Shown: positions 18,838 to 28,736, numbered from the stretch's first letter. The stretch: DNA of 64,000 bases from a virus (IMGVR_UViG_3300010327_000802:9201-73200), one strand, 5' to 3'. The notes: generated from the sequence alone by a model not told the origin. Made by a program: numbers and translations.

Positions 18838-19059
18838 TTAACCTCCCCAAACCTTCTTCCAATTGCTTTGGTATTTTACATACAATTCTTTTACCTTAGT
18901 CCAAGTACCATTAGACTTCATATATATATCTTTTAAATTAGTCCAAAGATTTTCTACCTTTACATAAACTCGCTTAACAGCACTTACAACCTTGCCTAAC
19001 CCTACAAAATAGCTATCACTTGAACAATTCCTTTTTAAAAAACCTATAAAATAGCTCAT
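18838..19059 (-). CDS. Small tail-fibre-associated protein
   Basis: Repeated VYVK...W pattern (VYVKVENLW, IYMKSNGTW, LYVKYQSNW) typical of fibre-associated modules. Confidence 0.5.
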   Translation of the reverse strand: MSYFIGFLKRNCSSDSYFVGLGKVVSAVKRVYVKVENLWTNLKDIYMKSNGTWTKVKELYVKYQSNWKKVWGG

Positions 19060-19469
19060 GTCAAAATTATCTCTCGAATATAAGCAGGAACTAATTCAGA
19101 ATAGTGAGGACGATTAAAGCTACCTATAAATAAGCCACTATAGCTTACAGAAAAGTTAATTGTTATCTGTTGTTCAACCATATTCCTTATTTCGGGTAAA
19201 GTTTCAACAAAGATATGTTCTCTTGTAGAAAAGTCTGAAAGAATAAAACAAAATTTACTTGAAACACTTCTAGCCATAAAGGAAAGAGTATAAGAACCAG
19301 CGGGCAAATCAAGTACAAATTCATAACTACCTCCAACTATAATATAACTAACTGAATCAATAGTAATAGTAGTATCGGCAGCACGGGTATATAAACTATT
19401 AAAAATTGTTGCCAACATATCTCCAAAGTCAGTAATAGGTGGGAAAAGAAATCCGTCATAGTCAGCCAT
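19056..19469 (-). CDS. Beta-rich virion-like protein (track start 19529; likely start MADYDG at 19469)
   Basis: ATG 19469 directly follows the upstream stop at 19472. Confidence 0.55.
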   Translation of the reverse strand: MADYDGFLFPPITDFGDMLATIFNSLYTRAADTTITIDSVSYIIVGGSYEFVLDLPAGSYTLSFMARSVSSKFCFILSDFSTREHIFVETLPEIRNMVEQQITINFSVSYSGLFIGSFNRPHYSELVPAYIREIILT

Positions 19470-19471
19470 AT

Positions 19472-20305
19472 CTAGTCCAACCTCACAAAACAACCATATC
19501 CACCACCAACACCAACGTAATGTTTCCAAGCAACTCCATTTATATAAACAGTATCCCCTGGAGATAAACCTAGAGAATTACTATAATTTCCAGTAGCCAT
19601 AACTCCGTCCAATTGACCATGAACAAAATAAGGTGAATTTTGCTCTTGAACTATAGTCTCTAATATCATTATAGTACCCGCCGTAGTTTTGCAACCAACA
19701 TATAAGTCATAGGTGCCACCAACCTTTCCCCAACCATACATTTTTATACTAATGCTGCCTGTGTTGCTAACTAAGGATTTAAAAATTGGAGAACTAACGT
19801 TATTACTACTACCAAGAAAACCCAATGGATTTGAGGTGTAGGAAGAACTCTCACTATGTCCTATAAATAAAACATCTTTTAGTGAAGTATTAAATCTCTT
19901 CGGGTACCCTATATAATTCCCAAAACTCAAAGTTGTATTCATAAAAATGAATCTTTGATGATTAACGAGAAGTATATAGCCCTCTCCTTGATCTGTTGTT
20001 GTGTGCTTAACTATAACAGGCTTATTGGAAGAGTATCCAGTTAACATGGTACGCCCTGTATATGTTTTATTAGTAATATCCCAACCCTCAGCTATACCAA
20101 TAACAGAATAATTATTATAATTATCATCAACACTAAAAATAAAATCTATATCAGAGTTGGGATCAAGGTGCCCATATACTTTCTTATTTGTCCCCGCTTC
20201 TGGATCTACAGAAACCCAATAAGCAGATTGGTCTAACAAATTTTCATCCAAAATAGGTAATAAAGTTCCTACTCCCAGCTGTATTACTCCAGTATATAAA
20301 GCCAT
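19472..20305 (-). CDS. G/S/T/N-rich putative virion structural or fibre protein (likely start MALYTG at 20305)
   Basis: AGGAGG SD before ATG 20305; beta-strand-rich composition. Confidence 0.55.
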   Translation of the reverse strand: MALYTGVIQLGVGTLLPILDENLLDQSAYWVSVDPEAGTNKKVYGHLDPNSDIDFIFSVDDNYNNYSVIGIAEGWDITNKTYTGRTMLTGYSSNKPVIVKHTTTDQGEGYILLVNHQRFIFMNTTLSFGNYIGYPKRFNTSLKDVLFIGHSESSSYTSNPLGFLGSSNNVSSPIFKSLVSNTGSISIKMYGWGKVGGTYDLYVGCKTTAGTIMILETIVQEQNSPYFVHGQLDGVMATGNYSNSLGLSPGDTVYINGVAWKHYVGVGGGYGCFVRLD

Positions 20306-20313
20306 ATTTCCTC

Positions 20314-21858
20314 CTAAATTACAAAACAAATATCTCCATCTTCTCCAACATCAGAAGATGGAACCTCTGGTAATATATAAATTCTATAGCCAAAGGTTAA
20401 ACCATTTTCCCCCTCACTTACCAAAACGGATCTGTTTGATTTACCAGTATAACTGTTTGGTGTATCTTTAATATTCAAAAAGCTATCTAACTTACTCGCT
20501 TTCAATTTATTATTATATACTATTATAGTATCCGCATCAATTTTATTTCCAAGGTAATCTGCTATATCATTCGCATCTATTTTCACTTTACCATCGGAAA
20601 CACCACCTGTTGTTGGAAGTGGGTATGCCCCATAAACTCCATCTTCATTTGTACCTAGATAATAATTTTTACCAAGTACGCAAGTCAAATCACGATAAGA
20701 ATGCACATGTGGTGGAACTGTAGACAAATCTGGTTTATTGATAATAATATCCCAATCTACACTTTTTACATATATTTTATGTGTAGTAGTATTAACCCCA
20801 AGAGTAATATTGTCTATTTTGTCGGTAAGAAACCCTACTACAGTATCCTGTGTATCAGCATAGACTTTACCATAATTTTTTACAAAAACTTTATGAAGAG
20901 TAGTATTAACCCCAAGGGTAACATTATCTACTTTATCTATTATAAAACCACGAATAGGATCTAAACTATCTGCATAAACTTTGCCATCTGAAATATTATT
21001 AGAAACAAAATTTAGTTGAACAAAGTAGAGTATACCGTCTCCAGGCAACTCATCATAAAATTGAAGACTTCCTTCATCTATAGGTGAATAATCAAACTCT
21101 TCAACAAGAATCTGGTTGTTAAGACTAATTAAAATAATCTTAGATGCAACTAAACCTTCAGGTAAAGTTAATATCCCATTTTGGATATTTAAGGTATTTA
21201 CTACATAATAAGCTTTGTATAGTGGTTCTTCTTCGTTATAAGGAGTAGGGCTGGTTTCTAAAATATTAAACCCACCACCACTGCTACTAAGGTATTCAGA
21301 ACAAAAGATAGCATTCAAATCCAATTCAAGCTGATTCCAAATAACAGATAAAGTAGGACCTAAACAACTAGCAATAATCGATTTGAATAAAGAAGAACCC
21401 AGCACCGCCCTCAAACTTATAAGCGTGCTTATAACCTGACGTGTCATACTCCCTTCTACATCTCTTAGAGGATCTATATCTGCACCTTCTTGGTAAACAA
21501 ATTCCCAATCTTGAAATGGATAGTGCTCTTTATAAAGATCATAAATTGAATCCAAATCATCAATTAGTGGTTGTAAAACTTCATTATACTTTGCTAAATC
21601 CTCTTCATTTTCTCCATAACTAATTAAATGTAATATATTTAAAAGTAATTTTAATCTAAAAGCATACTCTCTAGAAAAAACAATCCTAAAAATCCTTTCA
21701 TATAAAGTCTGTTCAGAATCACCTAATAGAAAGTTAACAATGCTGTCTTCCCCCTCATCAACTTCTCCCTCTATAAGTGAAAGTGGGGTAAATAGTTGAG
21801 ATATAATTGTTTCAACAACATCTTGTGGGTTAGATAAGTGAATTGGGCAGTCAAACAT
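20314..21858 (-). CDS. Putative tail-fibre or virion protein with DGKV..D..D...G.L..K.D repeats
   Basis: Two 38-aa tandem repeats plus a third partial; C-terminal G.DGD motif. Confidence 0.55.
   Translation of the reverse strand: MFDCPIHLSNPQDVVETIISQLFTPLSLIEGEVDEGEDSIVNFLLGDSEQTLYERIFRIVFSREYAFRLKLLLNILHLISYGENEEDLAKYNEVLQPLIDDLDSIYDLYKEHYPFQDWEFVYQEGADIDPLRDVEGSMTRQVISTLISLRAVLGSSLFKSIIASCLGPTLSVIWNQLELDLNAIFCSEYLSSSGGGFNILETSPTPYNEEEPLYKAYYVVNTLNIQNGILTLPEGLVASKIILISLNNQILVEEFDYSPIDEGSLQFYDELPGDGILYFVQLNFVSNNISDGKVYADSLDPIRGFIIDKVDNVTLGVNTTLHKVFVKNYGKVYADTQDTVVGFLTDKIDNITLGVNTTTHKIYVKSVDWDIIINKPDLSTVPPHVHSYRDLTCVLGKNYYLGTNEDGVYGAYPLPTTGGVSDGKVKIDANDIADYLGNKIDADTIIVYNNKLKASKLDSFLNIKDTPNSYTGKSNRSVLVSEGENGLTFGYRIYILPEVPSSDVGEDGDICFVI
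20760..20987. repeat. Two degenerate 114-bp tandem repeats within the fibre gene
   Basis: GTAGTATTAACCCCAAG at 20786 and 20900. Confidence 0.8.
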
Positions 21859-21868
21859 ATTTTATTAC

Positions 21869-23233
21869 TTATTCCTCAAAAACAGTCAAATATCTTTTGG
21901 ATGAAATATAGCCCAACTCAAAAAGATCATGAATATAGTCAAAGACTTTTAGCCCAATATCTATACGATAATACCCATTTGGGATTATAATATCCTCAAT
22001 ATTTTCGTATGCCTTATCTATAGATCCCTGCAAAGTTTGATCCATTCCAACCGCCACAAAAACCCTAGAGTGAGTAGGAACAGAACGAATATACCCCTTG
22101 TCGTCTTTATATATTCCAGCCGGTATATGTTTATACAGATAATCAGGGTTTTTAACTCGAATAATAACATTATCCCCAGAAGTAGGGGAAGATAAGTTAT
22201 CTACATTTGCACAAACTCCTGTCAGCCAATCAGGTGAAATATCTATCCGTTTCATTATTCCTTTAGTTACATCATAAAATATCTTTCCAAGCGGTGTTTT
22301 TATTGCTGGTAACATTATAGATATATGTGGATACCCAAATCTTGATGTATGCTCTAAATAATAAGGTTTTCCATCTTTATAAGAAACAATGGCGTTTATA
22401 TCCACATAGCCAATTCCATAATTCTCCTTATACCACTTTTCATATTTACCAAACATAATTTCAAAAAGATTGTCCACATCACTATTATCCTTATTAAAAA
22501 TAACTGTTCCCATTTCACCAGTCATTTTACCAAGCTCTCCAGGAAATAACCGTTTATGCTCAAAATTCATATTCCAAGGCATAACAAAGCCATCAGGTCC
22601 TACAAAAACTCCCATTGCTACTTCAATACCATCCACATAATCTGTTACAAGAATTTCAGTAGAATCATCAATCCCCTTTTCTTTCAGGTTTTCTAAATGA
22701 ATAACCGCATCTTCATTATCAACAGAAACATAAGTTTTTATACTTGAATCCCCAATTTTATTTAGCTTGATAACAGGTCGATTGAACTCTTCTTCCTCTA
22801 TATCCTTTATAGCTTCAATAATTGGTGAAGCATATTTTGAAAGATGTTTATTTGAATAGACTTTAGATTTTGGGAAATATTCATATATGCCTGCTTCCTT
22901 TGCATACCCTCTATCATTTTCAAGCCTTGTGCCTTTTTCAGATGCTCCCCAAACTAACTTGCCTTCCTCTCTTAACTTATCTGCAGCTTCCCCCCAGAAA
23001 ACATCTGTGAAAATAATTACATCTACGTCATCAACATATTTTTCATAGTTTTCAACAAATTTAACTCCAGCCTCCTCAAGAAATCCCTTTCCGTAAAGAA
23101 TATCAGATTGCTCCGGGGTGCTTCTTTGCCAAGAAACGTAATAATAAACTTTTTCTCCCTCTTCCGCCAATCTATAGGCTATAGATTCAGCTAATCCAGT
23201 GTCAACTATTAGGTATTTCATTTGTGGGTACAC
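21869..23233 (-). CDS. purD: PurD-like (GAR synthetase family) ATP-grasp ligase with divergent N-terminal substrate loop
   Basis: RLENDR, PVIK, GIEVA, EHKRLF.GELG.MTGEMG, LEHTSRFGYP and C-terminal AY...E.I....YYRIDIG. Confidence 0.8.
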   Translation of the reverse strand: MYPQMKYLIVDTGLAESIAYRLAEEGEKVYYYVSWQRSTPEQSDILYGKGFLEEAGVKFVENYEKYVDDVDVIIFTDVFWGEAADKLREEGKLVWGASEKGTRLENDRGYAKEAGIYEYFPKSKVYSNKHLSKYASPIIEAIKDIEEEEFNRPVIKLNKIGDSSIKTYVSVDNEDAVIHLENLKEKGIDDSTEILVTDYVDGIEVAMGVFVGPDGFVMPWNMNFEHKRLFPGELGKMTGEMGTVIFNKDNSDVDNLFEIMFGKYEKWYKENYGIGYVDINAIVSYKDGKPYYLEHTSRFGYPHISIMLPAIKTPLGKIFYDVTKGIMKRIDISPDWLTGVCANVDNLSSPTSGDNVIIRVKNPDYLYKHIPAGIYKDDKGYIRSVPTHSRVFVAVGMDQTLQGSIDKAYENIEDIIIPNGYYRIDIGLKVFDYIHDLFELGYISSKRYLTVFEE

Positions 23234-23519
23234 TCGTTCCTACATATAAGCCCGATACACTTTTAATATACTGGGAGTAAATTTCCGGAGCAGGAATAAA
23301 GTACGCATTCCAGTTTTTAACAACTATAGTTTTATCCTCTGAAGGGATTGGTAAAAACATCAATACTTGCCTCCCTGAAATATCTTGAACCCCAACCTGT
23401 ACAAATACTGGACGGGACAATAAAAAGCTATCATCCATAATTTTATCCACCCTACCCATTACCCATAGATCACCAACTATAAATATTATAACTTCCCCTT
23501 CTTCAATTTTCTTAAACAT
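23202..23519 (-). CDS. Small protein with possible Sm-like fold
   Basis: GD..MGRV......L.RP pattern and C-terminal P...Y..Y...SGL. Confidence 0.4.
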   Translation of the reverse strand: MFKKIEEGEVIIFIVGDLWVMGRVDKIMDDSFLLSRPVFVQVGVQDISGRQVLMFLPIPSEDKTIVVKNWNAYFIPAPEIYSQYIKSVSGLYVGTSVPTNEIPNS

Positions 23520-23528
23520 TTTTACCTC

Positions 23529-25421
23529 CTATTTTTCTAAATCTGCCATTCTACCCGAAAACCTTACTCGACCACCCTTCCCCGCTCCACTAAAGGGATT
23601 ATAAACTCTAGCAACTGGAGCAGGACTACGTGATGGTTGAGGGGGGGATAACATGGCTAAAGGTGAAACTTGTGATACTGTCATGTAAACTGGTCTAGCA
23701 ACAAAAAAGTTAGGAGAATTTTGTGAAAAGTATGCATGTTCATCAGATTCTTTAGAAAGTTTAAATACTTTTCCAAACCAAGAGATAGCACTAACTACGG
23801 CATCAGTAATATCTTGATAACCTACAATTACTCTCGGTTTAGAGTTTCCTCTAGGAACAGCTAAAGCCCTTACCTGTTCGAGAAACTCATAAGACTCAAG
23901 CTGATTGGGAAGTCTTATACTAGAAGGTGCAGTATAAAATAAATTTTTCATTAAGTAATAATCATCTAGAACTACTGGTTTATCATCCCATTCATGCGAG
24001 ATATTTTTCCACCCAGCCGTATTCCACTTATCTGATCTGATTTTTGTTATTCTTAACATTCTTGAGATTTTAACAACAATCTCAAAGAAATTATACACAT
24101 CAATTGTTGTTCCCGTTTCTTTATCCGTTCTCCAAACCATAAGCGTATCTACTACAAAAGTAGGTTGGTTGTTTAATATTTCTCCGTGAGCAACACAAAG
24201 AGCAGCCATACAATCAACTTCGCCAGCGTCAACTCCCATAAAATATTCTACTGGTTTAGGAGGATAATTTAGTTTTAAAGAAAGAGGATTATACCTATAC
24301 TTATACCCTCCAGTCGTAGTACGAACCCTCTCTGGTTCGGCAGATAATAATGAAGGTCTTTCTGAATCGATAAATAAATCTACAGGAGTTCTATCTAAAA
24401 TATCAAACCATTTAGCCCCAGATACTGATAAAGGTAAAGCTATGTATTTTGAAACACTAGAAGCATAATCTCTACTAAAAGAAGAAGCAAGTTCAATTGG
24501 AACATCATACTCCTTATTAAACTCTCTTACATATAGTTTAAAGGTTTCTTTCGATTCAAATCTACTAGCTGGGGCTACTTCCCAAGTAGGATAGTGTGAA
24601 GTAATTGCATTAGGTATCTTACCCTCATTTATCTTTTTATATAGATTATAAGTAAAATCAACATCTGAAGTTAATCTTGGATATGAGGTTACTATCCCAA
24701 GATAGGGCAGTTCTCTTGTAGAACTAGTCAAAGTTTCAAAGATTTTATTAGCATTTGGCTGCCCCGAAGCCGAAATATGACCTGAAGCTTCATCCATAAC
24801 CCAACCAATTAGTGTGAGTCCTTCAAAAGATTCATTTCTCGAAGGTACGGACATAAATTCTAAATTAATCGCATCAAACCGTATAGTTTCAGTAGTCATT
24901 CTTATCTTAGGTAATCTTGTATCAGCTACGTCTTCATTTATAATCTTATTTCCACTCTCAATAGGAAAACTACCAAAAAAAGTAGACCTGCTTATACGGG
25001 CTTTTACTCTATCAAATATTTTCTTCGACATATTCTGGTTGGTAGAAACAACTACAATTGATAATGGATCCGAAGGAGATAAGCCAAAGAAACTACTAGG
25101 GTTGGGTTTTAAAAAATGTAACAAATAAATAATATAAGTCATTAGTGCTGTGCTTACAGTTCCTTTTCCACTTCCTTTCCCCCATAAAAGGACAACAAGG
25201 TTAGGATGATTTCCTTTCTTAAAAAACTTTTCAGCACTACCTTCCCAACCAGCTTTACCTAAAGCCCTTTTACACTCTTTTTCTTGGTTAGGAGTAAACT
25301 TTACTTCTTTAATATCTTTATACAAAAAAGATAGAAAATCCCAGGGCTCTGTGTGTGGTAAGCTTATTGAGTGTCGTTCCTCGTAGCTTTCAAAAACTAC
25401 CCTCCAATCTAAATCAGCCAT
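23529..25421 (-). CDS. terL: Terminase large subunit
   Basis: Walker A (WGKGSGKG), Walker B (WVMDEA), nuclease motif (FMGVDAG) and C-terminal DITDA. Confidence 0.88.
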   Translation of the reverse strand: MADLDWRVVFESYEERHSISLPHTEPWDFLSFLYKDIKEVKFTPNQEKECKRALGKAGWEGSAEKFFKKGNHPNLVVLLWGKGSGKGTVSTALMTYIIYLLHFLKPNPSSFFGLSPSDPLSIVVVSTNQNMSKKIFDRVKARISRSTFFGSFPIESGNKIINEDVADTRLPKIRMTTETIRFDAINLEFMSVPSRNESFEGLTLIGWVMDEASGHISASGQPNANKIFETLTSSTRELPYLGIVTSYPRLTSDVDFTYNLYKKINEGKIPNAITSHYPTWEVAPASRFESKETFKLYVREFNKEYDVPIELASSFSRDYASSVSKYIALPLSVSGAKWFDILDRTPVDLFIDSERPSLLSAEPERVRTTTGGYKYRYNPLSLKLNYPPKPVEYFMGVDAGEVDCMAALCVAHGEILNNQPTFVVDTLMVWRTDKETGTTIDVYNFFEIVVKISRMLRITKIRSDKWNTAGWKNISHEWDDKPVVLDDYYLMKNLFYTAPSSIRLPNQLESYEFLEQVRALAVPRGNSKPRVIVGYQDITDAVVSAISWFGKVFKLSKESDEHAYFSQNSPNFFVARPVYMTVSQVSPLAMLSPPQPSRSPAPVARVYNPFSGAGKGGRVRFSGRMADLEK

Positions 25422-25424
25422 GTC

Positions 25425-25922
25425 TTACCACTCCTCCCCACTTCTCCAAATTCTTTTCCCACCCATTCTTGCAATGGTAAAGCTGTTTATCACAAAACCA
25501 AAATCTACATGGATATATTTGTAATCATACTTTTCTCCACCAATTCTTGCTAGTTTACAGTTACTTCTCACAAAATCCTTAAGTATTTTATTATTATTAT
25601 CCTTTAGTGATATATCCATTGCTAACCCGAAATTATGTGGGCTTACATTCTGTTTATATTCAAGTTTCTTTTGACAAGCAGAGCATCTATAAAGCTCTAC
25701 ACAAAATAAATCTGGAAAATTATCTAAAGCAGTTTTATAAATCTCTAACATAACTAAGAAAGCATTCTGTTCTCTGTCATTTAATTTAGAAATATCCAAC
25801 TCTTCTTTACAGTAATTACATTTAAACCTACTTAGTGGTAGTCCTTTTAAAAATATATTTCTATTAAGATTATCTTCTAACTCAGGATAAAAAGAGAGTA
25901 GAAAATTCTTTATGTTACTCAA
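25425..25922 (-). CDS. Zn peptidase M15 family cell-wall peptidase
   Basis: FKCxxC, YRC, SPHNFGLAMDI, IHVD. Confidence 0.8.
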   Translation of the reverse strand: MSNIKNFLLSFYPELEDNLNRNIFLKGLPLSRFKCNYCKEELDISKLNDREQNAFLVMLEIYKTALDNFPDLFCVELYRCSACQKKLEYKQNVSPHNFGLAMDISLKDNNNKILKDFVRSNCKLARIGGEKYDYKYIHVDFGFVINSFTIARMGGKRIWRSGEEW

Positions 25923-26241
25923 TATCGTTAGTTTTCTCTACCTTTGGAAGGTCCAAATAAAATTGTTCCTTTGACACTTCTTCGAAATCCAGATCCTTCA
26001 AGACTTCTACAAATTTATCATAATTTTCACCACTAATTTCGTATGAAGTAAGCATGACAAAAGCCAACTTTTCTAAAATGAAAAAGGTAGAATCTGGAAA
26101 GAATACGCTCTCACCAATAACAAAAGCAGTTTTATCATTAGCAAAACCAGCAGCTTCTTTTGGTAGTTCCTTGCAAAAAAGAGTACCTTTTAAATTATCA
26201 TCCATTAGATAGATACAAAAGTATGATTTTACTTGATCCAT
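25915..26241 (-). CDS. Hypothetical protein
   Basis: GGAGG SD. Confidence 0.7.
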   Translation of the reverse strand: MDQVKSYFCIYLMDDNLKGTLFCKELPKEAAGFANDKTAFVIGESVFFPDSTFFILEKLAFVMLTSYEISGENYDKFVEVLKDLDFEEVSKEQFYLDLPKVEKTNDIE

Positions 26242-26252
26242 GTCTCCTCCCT

Positions 26253-27224
26253 CTAACTATCTGATACGTCTGGATATTTTAACATAAGGGTATCCTTATG
26301 CTTACTCCTTATATCAAAGATATAAATATTCTGGTAGGGTATTTCTAATGATCCGTAATATGGATGTGATACTTTATACCCCGTAAGCGTCTTCTCTATC
26401 TTTAGTTCTTTATCTTTTATTTCATCCAGCCCTAAAACTTTTGTTCCATATAGTCTGTCATTAACTATAAGATAAGGACCTAATTTATTATGCATCAATA
26501 ACCCAAAAGGAATATTAGTAGGGGTCTCTTGGTGTGGGTATAGATATCCATTAAATTCTTCCCAAACTAAATGGTATTTATTTTTCTCCAAAACAACAAC
26601 CTTCCTTCCGTCAGGGTATTTCTTAAAATATATATTCTGTTTAGGAAAAGATATTTTGTGGTAAAGCAGCGAAGAAGAAGCAGGAGTAACTGAAAAATTA
26701 CCTTTAACAAGATGAACCAATATCTCGCCCCAAACAAACTGGGCAACGAAACTTTGTGGAAGAAACTTTAGAAAAGCATCCTCCCCAGTTAATTCTTGTA
26801 AAGATAATGCTTGTGCTTTTAACCAGGTGTAATATAAAGGTAACCCTCTTTTTAATGGATCGTCTACTTTATCAAGTTTAATCGGGTGTAACAAAGAAAA
26901 GATATACCCATACTGACTATGAATACTTTTGTGGATTATTATTTCGTCATCAATAGTTATATCTACTTTTTCCTTAAGTACTTTAGGATCATTTACAACC
27001 AGCGCTTGTCTATACTGTTTCGTTCCATCTGAATATTCAACCGCTCCAGTATTGTAGTAAACTAAATCATCTTCTATTTTTTCTATCTCTCCTGGCGGGT
27101 AAATCCATTCTCCTGAAAATCTACCCCTACCAAGCAGTATAGCTTTTTTTGGATTAGCTTCAAATGAAACAACATAGTAGCTTGTTCTTTCATTCTCGAA
27201 GATAAACTTCTTATGTACTTTCAT
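26253..27224 (-). CDS. Hypothetical protein
   Basis: AGGAGG SD; 323-aa ORF. Confidence 0.75.
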   Translation of the reverse strand: MKVHKKFIFENERTSYYVVSFEANPKKAILLGRGRFSGEWIYPPGEIEKIEDDLVYYNTGAVEYSDGTKQYRQALVVNDPKVLKEKVDITIDDEIIIHKSIHSQYGYIFSLLHPIKLDKVDDPLKRGLPLYYTWLKAQALSLQELTGEDAFLKFLPQSFVAQFVWGEILVHLVKGNFSVTPASSSLLYHKISFPKQNIYFKKYPDGRKVVVLEKNKYHLVWEEFNGYLYPHQETPTNIPFGLLMHNKLGPYLIVNDRLYGTKVLGLDEIKDKELKIEKTLTGYKVSHPYYGSLEIPYQNIYIFDIRSKHKDTLMLKYPDVSDS

Positions 27225-27243
27225 AAAATCCTCCTATTTTTAG

Positions 27244-27510
27244 TTAAAATAAATAATCTAACTCTCCATTCATAAACTTTATTACCCTATCGGGTTTGTT
27301 TAATGTTTTTCCGCTTTCTATCCAAGCAGTTATAACTTTCTTTGCTTGGTCTTTACTTAAATATACCCTTTTCTTTCCCTTTCCAGGTAAAAGATTATCT
27401 GGAAGTACCTTTTTATCAATTAGAAGATTTATAAAGTCCCTGATAACATGGTAATTAGCGTCTAACACCCAACAAAGATCCCATAGAGTATATCTAATTT
27501 CTCTTTTCAT
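27244..27510 (-). CDS. Small MerR-like/winged-helix DNA-binding protein (terminase small subunit not excluded)
   Basis: YTL.DLC.VL......IR....G...RVY......V pattern. Confidence 0.5.
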   Translation of the reverse strand: MKREIRYTLWDLCWVLDANYHVIRDFINLLIDKKVLPDNLLPGKGKKRVYLSKDQAKKVITAWIESGKTLNKPDRVIKFMNGELDYLF

Positions 27511-27513
27511 ATT

Positions 27514-27675
27514 TTATTCTCCTTTAGTTATTTTTATCTTGTCCAACAGCCCCTCCATCCCTAAATAGATAAGTGCCACCGCAAGCCAAATCACACTATC
27601 TATTTTACCAAAATACAATAAAGCGGTAGCAATAACAAATACCAAGAATTTACGTGATAGAAATTTTTTCATCAT
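27514..27675 (-). CDS. Putative holin (53 aa, two TM helices), missing from the ORF track
   Basis: Manual translation MMKKFLSRKFLVFVIATALLYFGKIDSVIWLAVALIYLGMEGLLDKIKITKGE; GAGGA SD; SRKF motif; charged C-terminus. Confidence 0.6.
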   Translation of the reverse strand: MMKKFLSRKFLVFVIATALLYFGKIDSVIWLAVALIYLGMEGLLDKIKITKGE

Positions 27676-27697
27676 CAGACATCCTCTTATACTAACT

Positions 27698-28357
27698 CTA
27701 ATTCCGCAATTCTAATTCCGGAATAAAGATATACGGACTTACAAATACGAAATCCGTGACATCATAAAGCCCCATGCTATGGATAACAACCTTAAGTGGG
27801 TCGCAAGTAGCTAAGCTGTGGAATTCTATTCTGCAGGCGGGGGTTTGGGCTGTTTTATTAGATGGGAATTGCGTAATTAAAGAAGGTAGCTGTGTACGGA
27901 GATTAAGTGGAGTGGTAAAGTTCAAAGCGTTATAAAGAAAACCTGCCCCACATCTTACTCTTGTGAAGTCGCCTGGTTCTGTTGCCAACGTTATTTGTGA
28001 ATAATAAGTGAGGTTTTGCCCCTCAGTGACGGTATAGTCAACTACAACCACGTATTTATGGTTAGCTAAATAAGTAAAATTATCCGCTGAATTTATTGTG
28101 AGATTAACCCCATCAGTCCCTGCCACTTTAGTAAATGTTATTTCCATACCGTCATCCACTTGTGCCAAGCTGTAAGTCAGTGTATATTCTGTGTCTTTTT
28201 CTGTAAATACCCAACCAGTAGGTACACCACCACTCCAAGTCTTAAAATCATAATTAGCATTAAGGGGTGGTATCTTCTTGTCTTTTATAAGTTGCAATAA
28301 CTCTGTCATATCTCTTGGTCTTTCTATGTCAACGTATGGTTGAAATTTTCCTTTCAT
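27698..28357 (-). CDS. Beta-sandwich (carbohydrate-binding-like) hypothetical protein
   Basis: GGAGG SD; DF..W....PTGW pattern. Confidence 0.55.
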   Translation of the reverse strand: MKGKFQPYVDIERPRDMTELLQLIKDKKIPPLNANYDFKTWSGGVPTGWVFTEKDTEYTLTYSLAQVDDGMEITFTKVAGTDGVNLTINSADNFTYLANHKYVVVVDYTVTEGQNLTYYSQITLATEPGDFTRVRCGAGFLYNALNFTTPLNLRTQLPSLITQFPSNKTAQTPACRIEFHSLATCDPLKVVIHSMGLYDVTDFVFVSPYIFIPELELRN

Positions 28358-28367
28358 TTATCACCTC

Positions 28368-28736
28368 CTATTGTGCTATCTGTCTTGCTATTTTAACTTC
28401 AATATCAGTAGCTTTATTTACTGTTATTTTTAATCTACCCCAAATAGCACTATAGGGATTTAACGGAAGCACCACCCACTCAGCATTAGCCACCAGTCCA
28501 GTTGCTAATACTATAGCCCCAGTAGCATTTTTAGCACACCATTCTTCACCATAGAAAAAAGGACTATATTCTATGTTTACATTAAGTGTAGCGTCGTTAC
28601 TTGCTTTAATATAAACAGCAAAGTACTCATACCCTGAAACCAGGAATTTTCCCGTGTATTTAGGGGTTGTATCCAAAAATTTAAGAGTATAGGTGTCTAC
28701 ATGAGTCGACACTTCAAGATTGCCTTTTTCTGTCAT
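28368..28736 (-). CDS. Small beta-rich protein, probable paralogue of 18549..18836
   Basis: GGAGG SD; V.GY....VYIK.....V.IEYSP. Confidence 0.6.
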   Translation of the reverse strand: MTEKGNLEVSTHVDTYTLKFLDTTPKYTGKFLVSGYEYFAVYIKASNDATLNVNIEYSPFFYGEEWCAKNATGAIVLATGLVANAEWVVLPLNPYSAIWGRLKITVNKATDIEVKIARQIAQ

